A stretch of DNA of 41,476 nt from an uncultured Emticicia sp. (GTDB taxonomy: Bacteria; Bacteroidota; Bacteroidia; Cytophagales; Spirosomataceae), in contig CAYUFZ010000001.1 of the NCBI GenBank assembly GCA_964444025.1, positions 1 through 41,476 of the forward strand, read 5' to 3'. Under the pieces are notes generated by a model. It searched no databases. It was not told where the DNA came from and saw only the letters and a list, made by a program, of their open reading frames with translations. Within the stretch, counting starts at the first letter, position 1. Every line of letters starts with the position of its first letter. Shown here one piece after another: positions 8,916-17,927 of this stretch. The position numbers and the translations under genes are program-made.

Positions 8916-9899
8916 ATGTACACAAACTTATCAGAAAAAATTGAGTCCGCTTTTTTAGGATTAGCTCTTGGCGATGCCCTTGGAGTTCCTTATGAGTTCA
9001 GGGAAAAACACGAAATGCTTTTAGAGCCTATCACAGGCATGATTGGAGATATTGGATGCTGGAATCAACAAGCAGGTACTTGGTCTGACGACTCCTCTAT
9101 GGCATTTTGTTTGGCAGAAAGTCTCACCGAAGGTTATAATCCGATTGACATCGCAAAAAAATTCATTGCATGGAAAGACGAAAACTATTGGACAGCCAGA
9201 GGAGAAGTATTTGATATTGGTGGTACGACACATACCGGTATCAAACGATTGAAGAATTGTTTTCTTACAAACGATTTTAGTCTATTAGACGCTTATCACG
9301 AGCATAATGATGAATCTCAAAATGGAAATGGAGCTTTGATGCGAACACTACCATTTGTATTTTATTTGCATCAATTTTCTGAAAAAGAACAATTTGAGAA
9401 AATTTGGCAAGTTTCATCGATGACACATCAGCATATTCGTTCAGCCATGGCTTGTTTCATTTATTTGAAATTTGCCGAGAAACTTTTACAAGATATCCCT
9501 AAAAAACAAGCGTATGATGAAGTCCGTACATTCATCAAAAAATTCTGGGATACTATTGATTTTCCAGCAACAGAGCGACAAGTATTTGCTCGTATCATAG
9601 AGCAAGATATTAGTCAGCAGAGCAGTGATGTCATTACGGCAGATGGATATGTCATTGAGACCTTAGAAGCATCTTTATATGTCTTTTTAAAATATAATAC
9701 CTATAAAGACATCGTATTTGCTGCCATCAACTTAGGCGACGATACCGATACGACCGCTTGTGTAGCCGGAGGAATTGCAGGTATTTATCATGGATTAAAG
9801 GATGTCCCGTCGAGATGGATTCAAAAATTAGCTAGAAAAAACGATATAATCGATTTAGCTAAAAGAACTGCCGAAAAATGTGTAGGAGTAGATAATTAA
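8916..9899 (+). CDS. ADP-ribosylglycohydrolase (DraG/ARH family)
   Basis: GLALGDALG, WSDDS, GNGALMR, GDDTDTT. ATG at 8916 preferred over the TTG at 8865. Confidence 0.95.
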   Translation: MYTNLSEKIESAFLGLALGDALGVPYEFREKHEMLLEPITGMIGDIGCWNQQAGTWSDDSSMAFCLAESLTEGYNPIDIAKKFIAWKDENYWTARGEVFDIGGTTHTGIKRLKNCFLTNDFSLLDAYHEHNDESQNGNGALMRTLPFVFYLHQFSEKEQFEKIWQVSSMTHQHIRSAMACFIYLKFAEKLLQDIPKKQAYDEVRTFIKKFWDTIDFPATERQVFARIIEQDISQQSSDVITADGYVIETLEASLYVFLKYNTYKDIVFAAINLGDDTDTTACVAGGIAGIYHGLKDVPSRWIQKLARKNDIIDLAKRTAEKCVGVDN

Positions 9900-9923
9900 A
9901 CTATTCAAACGTTTTATGGTGAT

Positions 9924-9966
9924 AAAAAAGGGGGGAAATAGGCACTCCCCCTTTTTCCCCTTTTTT
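9924..9966 (+). terminator. Probable intrinsic terminator after the ARH gene
   Basis: AAAAAAGGGGGG can pair with CCCCCTTTTT (9947-9956) or CCCCTTTTTT (9957-9966). Confidence 0.5.
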
Positions 9967-10021
9967 ATGTTGTTTGTTAACATCCTTTGATTTAGTATTG
10001 AAAGTTAATTCCTTTTAGTAC

Positions 10022-10438
10022 ATGATTTTTGCCAATAAACTTATTTTAAGCTTTTTTTTATTACTACAAACACCGAATCAGAACGATTGTCTGTTCAGAA
10101 ATCCACTATGCTTTTTCAACACTGATATTTTAAAGTACATCCAAGTACTTCATAACCATCAACAATATGATAAAATCATGCCATTTATACATATTACAGA
10201 TGGTTCTTCTTATAGTACCAAAAAATATTTAAAAACAAAACTTGAAGAATCCTCCTTTGGATATTCACTCAAAAGAGTAGGAATACAAACGATAACCCAC
10301 GGAAAAGAATGGTCATTAACCTATCAAAGAACCCTATACGGCACCAACGAAAACTTCAAAATTAATTGTGCTGTCATTAACGATACTTGTCGAATACTTA
10401 TGGATTCAAAATCAATAGACTTGATTTTCAATAAATAA
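10022..10438 (+). CDS. Exported hypothetical protein, possible small NTF2-like domain
   Basis: Hydrophobic N-terminus; helices followed by alternating beta strands; first gene of a tight operon. Confidence 0.65.
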   Translation: MIFANKLILSFFLLLQTPNQNDCLFRNPLCFFNTDILKYIQVLHNHQQYDKIMPFIHITDGSSYSTKKYLKTKLEESSFGYSLKRVGIQTITHGKEWSLTYQRTLYGTNENFKINCAVINDTCRILMDSKSIDLIFNK

Positions 10439-10473
10439 CAGAAGTTCGAATCATTATAAATAATTGTAAATAC

Positions 10474-12924
10474 ATGAATCAAAAAATACTTTTTGTATTA
10501 ATAACATTATTTTCCACCCACTTCGTAAAAGCCGCTGGGTATAGTGGCTACCTTTCGGATTTTAGTATCTCTGGAAATGGGGGGTGTAGCTATTTGTCAG
10601 TATCATTTAGAAATTTATACCTGAACATCACCTCCAAAACAAGTGCCACCTTACGATTCCAAGTTCGGGTAAGTAGCACAGGGACTTATTCCACAAAAGA
10701 GCTTATTGGTAGCATCAGCAATGATGGCAATTCTATTGACATTAGCTTTCCTACCTTTTATATGTATCAAGGCTATTGTTATTATTCAAATATTCCGATT
10801 AAACTAAACTTTCAAGGTTCTTCATTTGGGTACTCCTACATGACAGGATACATTTCTGGCTCTGCCGCTTCCTATTATACCTCCTATGGATACAGCTCCT
10901 ACTCAAGTATCTATTATTATTCAGGAGAAACTGCTGGTTTAAGTGTCAGTGGTATTAGCAACAATGCGATTTGTTCGAATAAGGAAATAAAGATACAAGC
11001 ATACGGAGACAATTACCAACCTGCATCGATTTATATTGACAATGTAAAAGTGGGTTCAACGATTGAAACAGATAATAACTTTAGTATAAACCAAGGATTG
11101 ATTGTAGGCACAATGGATGAACTCTCCAGCCTCTATGGCTTGTCAAACAGCGATGGTAGCTATCACACTGTTCAATTACAAATAAATGGGCAACGGCAGA
11201 CCTATGCCACTTTTTATTTGTATCGTCCGATTACAAACGTTACATTGACAAGCTCCGCAACGGTATCTTGTAATGGCAATCCTATCAATTTTACAGTTTC
11301 GCCCAAATCAAATGCCTACAATTATGAGTGGTCCACAGGAATAAGTGGTAGTGGTCTTTATAATTATAGCTTGCTTAATCCCGTTACGAATGATTACTTT
11401 GTTACAGTGACAAGCTCAAACAGAGCTTGTACAACAAAATCCAACATAATCAAAATAACCTCTTTTCCGAAGATAAATCCGACCATTAGTACCGAAAAAA
11501 ATATTTCATGCAAAGGGGAACCCATTCAAATCAATGTCACACCGAATGACCCATCGAGCTATGACTATAGCTGGAATAATGGAAGTAAAAACACAAGTAT
11601 TTTAGTATATGATAACAACAATTATCAAGTGACCCTTAGTCCCAAAAATGGGTGTCCGTCCGTTGCATCCAATATTATCAGCAACTTAAGCTTTGATGAA
11701 CCAATCACAAACTATACCGTTTCGCCATTTCCATTGGCTAATATTTGTAATCAAAATCTTGGCGTAACCTTAAGCGTAACAAAAGAAAATAATGTTAGTT
11801 TACAGTGGAGTACTGGAGAAAGCTCATCAAGCATAACGGTCAAGTCGCCCGGGAACTACACAGCCAATTTAAGTCGTGGGGCTTGTAATCTTTCCAAAAC
11901 GATACAAGTAACCCAAGAGCTTTTGACAGTATCGACTTTTACAGACAATGGCACCAATGTTGTCAAATTATGTACTGGACAAAATTATAAACCCTTTCAA
12001 CTTAAAACATCTTCCAACAACAGCCAAGCCAAAGTCAAATGGAAGCTAAATTCGGCAAATACCGATGCCCCAGGAGTAAATAATACATCGACTTATCTGC
12101 CCACCCAAGATGGCTACTATTTTGCTATTGCAGAATTTGACGGTTGTATTTCTCCCGAATCCAATCGTATTAAAGTTGAATTAGTAAATAATTTTAGTGT
12201 TAATCTGAATCCCTCTTCCCCTCGTATCATTTGTGATGGAGAATATCAGATATTTTCGGCATCTCCTACCTATGCTGCCGAACGCCCAATCAATATCGAT
12301 TGGAAGTTTGAAAACCAAAGCATTTCAAATGATTGGACAATCAATACAAATAAAGAAGGGATTTATCAAGTAAATATATCTTATGACGCTTGCAAAGCAA
12401 CAAATTCAGTCAATTTTGTCACCAAACCTTCTAAAATGACATTGACAATATTAGACAACACAAAGCTGATAGCGAGCCAAACCTCTGATAATTTCTATGA
12501 ATGGTATTTTAAAAGCAGTGTTAATTCGGTATTCACACCATTAGGACAAAATTCACCTGAGCTAATTGCCCCACAAATAGGTATTTACGCCGTTAAAGGG
12601 AATCGCAACGGCTGTGGCATTAGCACCTCTTTGCCTATTGAAATTTCGCTCATTACTGCATTAGAAGCTACTCAAAATAGCGATAGATGGAATGCCTTTC
12701 CCATTCCATCTACTGGAAATCTAACATTACGCTTAGACGGATTAATGTTAAATAAACCTATTGATATTCAAATAATTGATGAAAAAGGTTCAATCATAGA
12801 TACCCTCCAGCAAAATACAATTGAACAAAGCCATAACCTCGACCATTTAAAAGAAGGGGTATATTTTTTATTCATTCATTCGACCAATCAGGTTTTTATT
12901 AAAAAAATCATCTTAATGAAATGA
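10474..12924 (+). CDS. T9SS type A sorting-domain surface protein with tandem Cys-containing Ig-like repeats
   Basis: Signal peptide; repeats of C-x-G...Y-x-W-S/N-x-G...Y-x-V; C-terminal AFPIPSTG...LKEGVYFL...KKIILMK. Confidence 0.9.
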   Translation: MNQKILFVLITLFSTHFVKAAGYSGYLSDFSISGNGGCSYLSVSFRNLYLNITSKTSATLRFQVRVSSTGTYSTKELIGSISNDGNSIDISFPTFYMYQGYCYYSNIPIKLNFQGSSFGYSYMTGYISGSAASYYTSYGYSSYSSIYYYSGETAGLSVSGISNNAICSNKEIKIQAYGDNYQPASIYIDNVKVGSTIETDNNFSINQGLIVGTMDELSSLYGLSNSDGSYHTVQLQINGQRQTYATFYLYRPITNVTLTSSATVSCNGNPINFTVSPKSNAYNYEWSTGISGSGLYNYSLLNPVTNDYFVTVTSSNRACTTKSNIIKITSFPKINPTISTEKNISCKGEPIQINVTPNDPSSYDYSWNNGSKNTSILVYDNNNYQVTLSPKNGCPSVASNIISNLSFDEPITNYTVSPFPLANICNQNLGVTLSVTKENNVSLQWSTGESSSSITVKSPGNYTANLSRGACNLSKTIQVTQELLTVSTFTDNGTNVVKLCTGQNYKPFQLKTSSNNSQAKVKWKLNSANTDAPGVNNTSTYLPTQDGYYFAIAEFDGCISPESNRIKVELVNNFSVNLNPSSPRIICDGEYQIFSASPTYAAERPINIDWKFENQSISNDWTINTNKEGIYQVNISYDACKATNSVNFVTKPSKMTLTILDNTKLIASQTSDNFYEWYFKSSVNSVFTPLGQNSPELIAPQIGIYAVKGNRNGCGISTSLPIEISLITALEATQNSDRWNAFPIPSTGNLTLRLDGLMLNKPIDIQIIDEKGSIIDTLQQNTIEQSHNLDHLKEGVYFLFIHSTNQVFIKKIILMK

Positions 12925-14207
12925 AAAACTGCTACAAAACAATATTCAGTGTATGGGGACTTATTTTCCTGATACAACCTAGCTTTTCTCAAACCAAAAC
13001 AGCTAGTGGTTCGAGCGAATGGGTAAGGGTTAGAACAACAGCCTATACCGAAACAGAGATTTCTAATACACAAGCCAATACATTATATTTCGATAAAAAT
13101 AATACCCCATGCAAAGCAAGCGAAGCTTATTATTTTAGACTATTACCCTTTGAAGATTTTAGAAGCCCCGAAGGGATTGTGAAGGACTACTATTCAAATA
13201 GCCTGAAACTCAGGTTTTCGGGAAAATATTTTAAATATAATGCCAAAAACGAGAACTCAAATACGAATTTTCAAGGAGATTGTGATTTTTTTGAAGAAAA
13301 TGGCAAAAAAACCACCAAATCTTACCTTGACGGACAACTGAAAAAAGAAAAGATATTCAATCCAAAAGGGCAAATAATTTATGAAGCACTTTATAATGAT
13401 GATTTGACAAAAAAATATTTCATCAGCTACTATTATGACATCAACGGTAAACAAAATGGAATTTTCCAAGGAAAATACAATCCCATCTCACGATTAGAAG
13501 AAGGCAAAAAGAGAACTTTCTACCCAAGCGGTGAAATCTACATGGATATCGACTATGAAAACGGTTGCCCTAAAAGTATTGCCACCTTTTATTCAAAAAC
13601 CGGAGAATCATATCCTGCCGTCATACAGGAGTTTGTTTGTGAAAACCCCAAAGAATGGTATTTTATCAACAATCTTTCGTTTAGAAAAAATATACTCACC
13701 AATCCAAATGAAAATACCAACGCCATGGTCCTAAAATCATTGATTGATAATATTGGGGTATATTATACATCTATAAGCAACGACTTCTCCAGAAAACCAA
13801 TTGAAATATCATTTACATTTGACCAAATCAATAAAGATAATTCTCCAGAAATTGGGATTATATGGCAATACCAAAGCCCACAAAACTATGCTTATTTTAC
13901 CATCAATCCCATCAAAAACACCTACGAAATCAATGCAATAATTAATGGCGAAAAAAAGAAATATATGTTGGGCTATACAAACAAAATCAAAGCAGACATG
14001 CGTCAGTCCAGCATTCAAATGAAAATGCTTATTGACCCAGGCAATGAAGCATTTCAGTATTGGATTAACGGCACCAAGTTAGATTTTGACAAATTTCCTC
14101 AATTATTTATTAAAGAAAATAATTCTTGGAATATTGGTTGCCTAATCAATCCGATAGAAATTGGTAACGAAATAGAATTAAAAAAAATTGAAATAAAAAT
14201 GTATTAA
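12921..14207 (+). CDS. Exported MORN/YwqK-like repeat protein with a C-terminal beta-sandwich (lectin-like) domain
   Basis: Signal peptide; repeats FFEENGK, IFNPKGQ, YYDINGK, TFYPSGE, YENG; beta-rich C-terminus (YAYFTINP, FQYWINGTK). Confidence 0.7.
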   Translation: MKNCYKTIFSVWGLIFLIQPSFSQTKTASGSSEWVRVRTTAYTETEISNTQANTLYFDKNNTPCKASEAYYFRLLPFEDFRSPEGIVKDYYSNSLKLRFSGKYFKYNAKNENSNTNFQGDCDFFEENGKKTTKSYLDGQLKKEKIFNPKGQIIYEALYNDDLTKKYFISYYYDINGKQNGIFQGKYNPISRLEEGKKRTFYPSGEIYMDIDYENGCPKSIATFYSKTGESYPAVIQEFVCENPKEWYFINNLSFRKNILTNPNENTNAMVLKSLIDNIGVYYTSISNDFSRKPIEISFTFDQINKDNSPEIGIIWQYQSPQNYAYFTINPIKNTYEINAIINGEKKKYMLGYTNKIKADMRQSSIQMKMLIDPGNEAFQYWINGTKLDFDKFPQLFIKENNSWNIGCLINPIEIGNEIELKKIEIKMY

Positions 14208-14228
14208 CCACTTTAATTTTCCTCAACA

Positions 14229-15275
14229 ATGCAACATCGTTTCATGCTACGCATCTTATTTTTAAGTACCTTATTGTTTGTACAAAACATTGTCTTTTCT
14301 CAATCAAAACTGAAAAGTCCTCAGTTTATCCAAAATATTTTCAGCGAAGAAAAGCCCTTTGACGTTATTTCTTTAAACGAAACCTTTACGACGCTTTCCA
14401 AAATTACAGAATCCCCAAAAACCATCTCATATTCAAATGGAGGAGATTTTGATGATATTTTAGTTTATACAGCAAAAGAGATAGATGGGGCATACAATAT
14501 ATATGTACGGGAGAAAGTTTTGAATGACAATCCGCTCGCTAAGACCTCTGGTTTCAATATCAATTTATCCCCAAACTATTGTATGGCAAACAATAAGATT
14601 GTCTTTCAATATCTGAATAAAGGAAATTTCGACATTGCATTCGTTGATGCAGGCAATGGAAAAAACAAAGCCCTAACCTCAGTGACCAATACCATCGAAG
14701 ACGAATTTAATCCATCGTGGTCTCCTGACGGAAAAATCATAATCTATGAAAAAGGAAAAACACCCCCTAATCATATACCTAACAGCAAAAAAACCGCAAA
14801 AATGAAATACGAGAGCCAAGCATTTAAGAATCAGATTTGGCTTAAAAATATTGATTCAAGGGAGTTGAAAATATTGGGAATAGGTAGTTTTCCTAAAATT
14901 TCTCCCGATGGAAAACAAATCGCCTTCATCAAATTTGAGTCCCCTACAAGTAAATCCAAAGAAATCGGAACGGTTTGGGTTATGTCAATCGATGGAGAAC
15001 AACGATTTAGAGTAACCGATACGAGTCTCGGAAACGCAAGTAATCCAAATTGGAGCCCTGATGGTAAAAGCATTGTTTTTGAACTAAGTAAAAAAGAAAA
15101 AACCGATACCGATATTTATACCATTGATGTAAATGGAGATAATTTAAGACAACACACTTTTAATAAATCATCAGATTTTGCCCCACACTGGACAATCAAC
15201 GATTTCATTTACTTTTCATCTGACCGAGGAGCAAAAAAAGAAAATTTTCAGATTTGGCGATTTAAAATTAAGTAA
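14229..15275 (+). CDS. TolB-like beta-propeller (PD40 repeats)
   Basis: NPSWSPDGK, FPKISPDGK, NPNWSPDGK, APHW...YFSSDR; signal peptide. Confidence 0.92.
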   Translation: MQHRFMLRILFLSTLLFVQNIVFSQSKLKSPQFIQNIFSEEKPFDVISLNETFTTLSKITESPKTISYSNGGDFDDILVYTAKEIDGAYNIYVREKVLNDNPLAKTSGFNINLSPNYCMANNKIVFQYLNKGNFDIAFVDAGNGKNKALTSVTNTIEDEFNPSWSPDGKIIIYEKGKTPPNHIPNSKKTAKMKYESQAFKNQIWLKNIDSRELKILGIGSFPKISPDGKQIAFIKFESPTSKSKEIGTVWVMSIDGEQRFRVTDTSLGNASNPNWSPDGKSIVFELSKKEKTDTDIYTIDVNGDNLRQHTFNKSSDFAPHWTINDFIYFSSDRGAKKENFQIWRFKIK

Positions 15276-15314
15276 AAATTAAAACTCATTTCAAATAGTA
15301 AATCACATTACGAT

Positions 15315-16649
15315 ATGCAAAAAATACTACTTACATTACTTCTCATTTTTTCGTTTGGGCGAATAACTTACGCACAAAATGAAAAAGGACCGAATACTTG
15401 TCTTTACCTAAATAGCGGAGGAAAAATTACGGGGAAAGTACTTTCGGTATCTGATGATGGAAAAATAATCAAGATTTCTTATGATTTACAGGGAAATATT
15501 ATCAAAATTGTTCAAAGAGAAAAAGTGCTTTTGGCATTCAATGAAAGGGGGAATTATTTGGTAATTTCAAATTTATCAGATTCGTCAGGCGAATCCGCAA
15601 AGCAACTAAGCGATTTCTATAGTGATATGTCAAGCAAAAGACCTGATTATGACATCATATTCAAAGCTGTTCCTTTTGATATTATTGCTTGTAATATTAT
15701 ATACAACGGAGAGGCAATCAACTATAAATTACCCAATGCAGGTGTAGGTTCAATTAATAAAGAAAATGTCTTGGCAATTATTTATAAAGACGGAAGCCAC
15801 GAACTTGTTCGGGATATTGCGGAGATTACGCCGATTTTGAGATATAATTCATCAAAGTTTGAATCGTCTAGATACTATGTTGAGCCGCCCAAAGTCGTAG
15901 AAGAACCCAAACCAACAATCACAAAAACAGCACCCATAGAGCCGTCTCCTACCCGAGAAGTAATAAAAACCAAAGAACCAGAAGAGATAGAAGAGGATTT
16001 AGTGACCAACACAAACAATAAAAAAACACGTAAAACAGAAGAAGAAACGATTGTCATCAGAAAAAAAGTAAAAACAGAAGATGAAGAAGACCTCTCGGAA
16101 GAAACAGAAGAAACAGAAGAAATATCCGATGAACCAGAAGAACAAATACCAAATCTGACAGAGCAAGAGAAAAAAAAATATCAAAGGACATCTATTGAAA
16201 GAGTAGAAGAATTTAAAGACTATCTCAATGTGATTGGGGATAAGTCTAGAAGTTTATACGAAAAAGCAGAAGCCAGAAAAAATGCTCTAAAACTTTTCAC
16301 TCCTGGGGCATTTATTGAAGTAACCTCTAAAAACCGACCAGGGGCTAGACGAATCCCTGTGGAAACCTATTTAAGAAATCTAAGTAATTTGAATTATAGC
16401 TCTATCAACATAGAATATGCTAATCTCAAATTTGTTAGGAATTTTGTTCAACATTCTGACGGCAACTACTACGGTCTTGTCTCTGGTGAACAATCATTTC
16501 AGGGATACCGAGCAGATGGGAAAGCAGTCTATTCAGATATGGTGAGAAAAAACTATAAGGTAAAATTAGAAGCCTACCAGAAATATGTGGATGGAGAAGA
16601 ACAAACCAAATGGAAAGTTCTTTTTGGCGATGTATCTGTAAGCCAATAA
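15315..16649 (+). CDS. Exported hypothetical protein: two small N-terminal beta repeats, Pro/acidic linker, putative NTF2-like C-terminal domain
   Basis: Signal peptide; repeats ending KVLLAFNERG and NVLAIIYKDG; acidic tract EDEEDLSEETEETEEISDEPEEQ; C-terminal YLRNLSNLNY...WKVLFGDVSV. Confidence 0.8.
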   Translation: MQKILLTLLLIFSFGRITYAQNEKGPNTCLYLNSGGKITGKVLSVSDDGKIIKISYDLQGNIIKIVQREKVLLAFNERGNYLVISNLSDSSGESAKQLSDFYSDMSSKRPDYDIIFKAVPFDIIACNIIYNGEAINYKLPNAGVGSINKENVLAIIYKDGSHELVRDIAEITPILRYNSSKFESSRYYVEPPKVVEEPKPTITKTAPIEPSPTREVIKTKEPEEIEEDLVTNTNNKKTRKTEEETIVIRKKVKTEDEEDLSEETEETEEISDEPEEQIPNLTEQEKKKYQRTSIERVEEFKDYLNVIGDKSRSLYEKAEARKNALKLFTPGAFIEVTSKNRPGARRIPVETYLRNLSNLNYSSINIEYANLKFVRNFVQHSDGNYYGLVSGEQSFQGYRADGKAVYSDMVRKNYKVKLEAYQKYVDGEEQTKWKVLFGDVSVSQ

Positions 16650-16676
16650 GCCAACAATTTATTATTTATCAGACCA

Positions 16677-17927
16677 ATGATGTGGAAGAATATACTTTTT
16701 ACTTTATTTCTACTTGGAAACAATACTCCTATTTTCGGACAAAGCACAATTCACGGAGAATTAGTTGTCAATAAACACATTGGCACTTTGGCTTGTTCAA
16801 TTTATGGAAGTAATGGTAATTTCTCCAAGAAGTTACTTGCAAAAGTAGATTCTTTAGGAAAATTTAGGTTTCAACTTCCTCAAGGAGTTGAAACCTTGGT
16901 TTTCTCTGGAAATCCTGAATTTAGAATCATTGAATTGCCCGTCAATAATCATCAAGCAAGCGATTACTACTTATCCTTGCCTTTGATTGAAGTAGATCAA
17001 CAAACAGCCGATAAACCTTACCAGCAGGCTACCCAAAAAGATTTGTTGATACAAAGTGACCATTCGATTATTAATAAGAAAAAGATTATTAGATATTTGA
17101 AAATTATAGATGTAGATACCAGCCTGCCCATTAAAGCAAATGTGTGCCTATTTTATACTAAAACAGGCCTTAAAGATTGCTTTGAGATTAAGCCTCAATA
17201 TCCAGCAAAACTAACCCTGACAGAAGACGATATTATCGCACTCGAAATCAAGAGTAATCAGTATCAATCTTATAACGGAAATTTATATATTAATCAACTC
17301 AATAGTAAAAATAACACCTACGAAGTTGGTCTTACCAAAACAAGGTCTATTCTCAGTATTCGCAATTCATTGACAGAAGAATTAAACATAGAAAATATCA
17401 ACGATACTAAGCCGGCAAAGATTAGAAAAATAAAAAAAGATTTTTGTAGTTCCATACAAGCTGGGCAACAATTTCACTTATTTAATAAGCAATTAGATAC
17501 CATTTTTGTTACTAAATTGGGCTTAAACTTACTATTGATAAAGCCTAAGAAATTGACCGATAAAACATTTGAAAATATTCCCCAAAAAAACAAATACTCC
17601 ATTCAATTCAATCAAAGTGATTTTGAATTATTAAATTTTGCAAAACAGACATTAGATACTATTGCCATATTGATGCAACAAAATCCAAAGATAAAAGCAC
17701 AAATAGTAGGATTTACAGACAATGTAGGAAGTGCCGAAAAAAATCAAGCACTATCCGAATTTCGTGCCAAAGTCTCCCTTCGATACTTAGTGCTACACCA
17801 TATCGAAGAAGACCGCCTTTCATGGAAAGGATTAGGAGGAGATTTTCCGGTTTCGCAAAATGATACTGAATCCAATAAAGCAAAAAACAGACGTGTAGAA
17901 ATTATACTTAAAGACAATTTAGAATGA
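16677..17927 (+). CDS. OmpA-family peptidoglycan-binding protein with N-terminal beta-sandwich domains
   Basis: IQFNQSDFEL, GFTDNVGSAEKNQALSEFRA, NRRVEI. Confidence 0.92.
   Translation: MMWKNILFTLFLLGNNTPIFGQSTIHGELVVNKHIGTLACSIYGSNGNFSKKLLAKVDSLGKFRFQLPQGVETLVFSGNPEFRIIELPVNNHQASDYYLSLPLIEVDQQTADKPYQQATQKDLLIQSDHSIINKKKIIRYLKIIDVDTSLPIKANVCLFYTKTGLKDCFEIKPQYPAKLTLTEDDIIALEIKSNQYQSYNGNLYINQLNSKNNTYEVGLTKTRSILSIRNSLTEELNIENINDTKPAKIRKIKKDFCSSIQAGQQFHLFNKQLDTIFVTKLGLNLLLIKPKKLTDKTFENIPQKNKYSIQFNQSDFELLNFAKQTLDTIAILMQQNPKIKAQIVGFTDNVGSAEKNQALSEFRAKVSLRYLVLHHIEEDRLSWKGLGGDFPVSQNDTESNKAKNRRVEIILKDNLE

Noticed and set aside
16098-16121. GAAGAAACA tandem repeat
   Set aside because: Fewer than three units, simply encoding an EET acidic linker; not an array.
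14229-17927. TolB + OmpA read as a Tol-Pal system
   Set aside because: No TolQ, TolR or TolA; the TolB-like protein lacks an evident N-terminal TolB domain and the OmpA protein is not a small Pal lipoprotein.
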